A model generated the notes under the pieces. That model was not told the origin of the DNA. It worked only from the letters and a program-made list of their open reading frames with translations, and did no database searches. Below, one piece after another: positions 53,042-53,667 of a stretch of DNA of 53,667 nucleotides (the stretch's first letter is position 1; the number at the start of each line of letters is the position of its first letter). The stretch comes from Trichocoleus sp. (GTDB lineage Bacteria; Cyanobacteriota; Cyanobacteriia; Phormidesmidales; Phormidesmidaceae), in NCBI GenBank assembly GCA_036702895.1, contig DATNQE010000603.1:1-53667 (forward strand), written 5' to 3'. The position numbers were made by a program, and so were the translations under genes.

Positions 53042-53313
53042 CGACTGCTGAGCAGATCAACAATGCGATCGCCTGGTATCGCCGCTACGGCACTGCTACC
53101 CCCGCCGAGCCCTTCCAACTCAGCCCGGCGGTGACCATTACCGACCCGGCCCTGTGGCTCACCACCCTGGAGTTCAGCATCGGCCAGTGGGAGCGCGGTG
53201 AAATCGGCGTGGCCCTGGCTCGCGCCTACGTTCTGCGGCCTTTGCAGATGCTGCGCGACTGGCTTAAGGCCCAGGCTCTAGAGGCCCCTGTAATCACCAA
53301 GGAGACTGCCTAA
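53038..53313 (+). CDS. Hypothetical protein
   Basis: ATGA overlap with the primase stop. Confidence 0.65.
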   Translation: MTTAEQINNAIAWYRRYGTATPAEPFQLSPAVTITDPALWLTTLEFSIGQWERGEIGVALARAYVLRPLQMLRDWLKAQALEAPVITKETA

Positions 53314-53555
53314 TGTCTTTTGCTGAATCGCTCGAAGACCTAACAAAACAAAAGATCACAGACATCACGGTAGGCCAGCTGGCCCAGCTGCTGAAGGAGT
53401 CGGAAGCTGGGCGCATGGTTCTCTCTCAGGACTACGAGAACGGCAAAAAGCATTGGGTGCTGGTGATAGCTCACAACGAGAGCGCTGATCGGATCTGCGA
53501 TTGCCTCAAACAGCTTGATGCAGAGGATTTAGCAGCGGAGGCGGAAGAGGGCTAA
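53313..53555 (+). CDS. Hypothetical protein
   Basis: AGGAG RBS; TAATG coupling on both sides. Confidence 0.65.
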   Translation: MSFAESLEDLTKQKITDITVGQLAQLLKESEAGRMVLSQDYENGKKHWVLVIAHNESADRICDCLKQLDAEDLAAEAEEG

Positions 53556-53667
53556 TGCCGATGGACCGCAGCCTATACCCACCCAACTGGGATGCGATCG
53601 CGCTGTCCAAAAAGCAGGCGGTGAACTGGACCTGCGAGAACTGTGGCCGCCCCTGCCGCCGTTCTGG
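53531..53667 (+). repeat. Terminal direct repeat (circular assembly overlap), copy 2
   Basis: Identical to 1..137; ORF 53313..53555 couples to ORF 25..501 (TAATG) across the join. Confidence 0.97.

Larger units (their letters stand above)
1..53667. mobile_element. Complete circular temperate myovirus-like cyanophage (excised/attP form)
   Basis: Terminal overlap, integrase with a single attP, terminase, portal, capsid, sheath, tube, tape measure, baseplate, repressor and primase all present; no host housekeeping flanks; HIP1-rich. Confidence 0.95.

Overview
The window is a complete, circularly closed (137-bp terminal overlap, unit length 53,530 bp) temperate contractile-tailed phage of a cyanobacterium. 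Host evidence is dozens of HIP1 GCGATCGC sites and an attP identical to the 3' half of a tRNA-Pro(GGG); the high GC suggests a Nodosilinea/Leptolyngbya-like host (inference). It carries an integrase/excisionase pair, a second XerC-like recombinase, HU, terminase, portal, capsid, a MuF protein with a zincin tip, P2/Mu-like tail genes, an immunity region and a P4-like primase-helicase with an internal repeat cluster. Main unusual features: (1) structural genes are scattered in small blocks, almost all preceded by the motif GGG(A/C)ACnCTG, which resembles the cyanobacterial SigJ 'J-box', and the phage encodes its own SigF/SigJ-family sigma factor next to an FHA protein and an intact c-di-GMP phosphodiesterase (PAS-EAL); (2) an operon with an FtsK/HerA-type ATPase, membrane proteins and an M23/lysozyme-like enzyme, with an adjacent repeat cluster, suggestive of DNA transfer between cells; (3) a dispersed 16-bp palindrome TTCCGATGCATCGGAA; (4) a baseplate block that appears inverted between two promoter boxes; (5) a DdrB-like ssDNA-annealing protein; (6) a displaced tail chaperone with a lambda-type -1 frameshift. 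All family calls are by eye from motifs; no database search was run.
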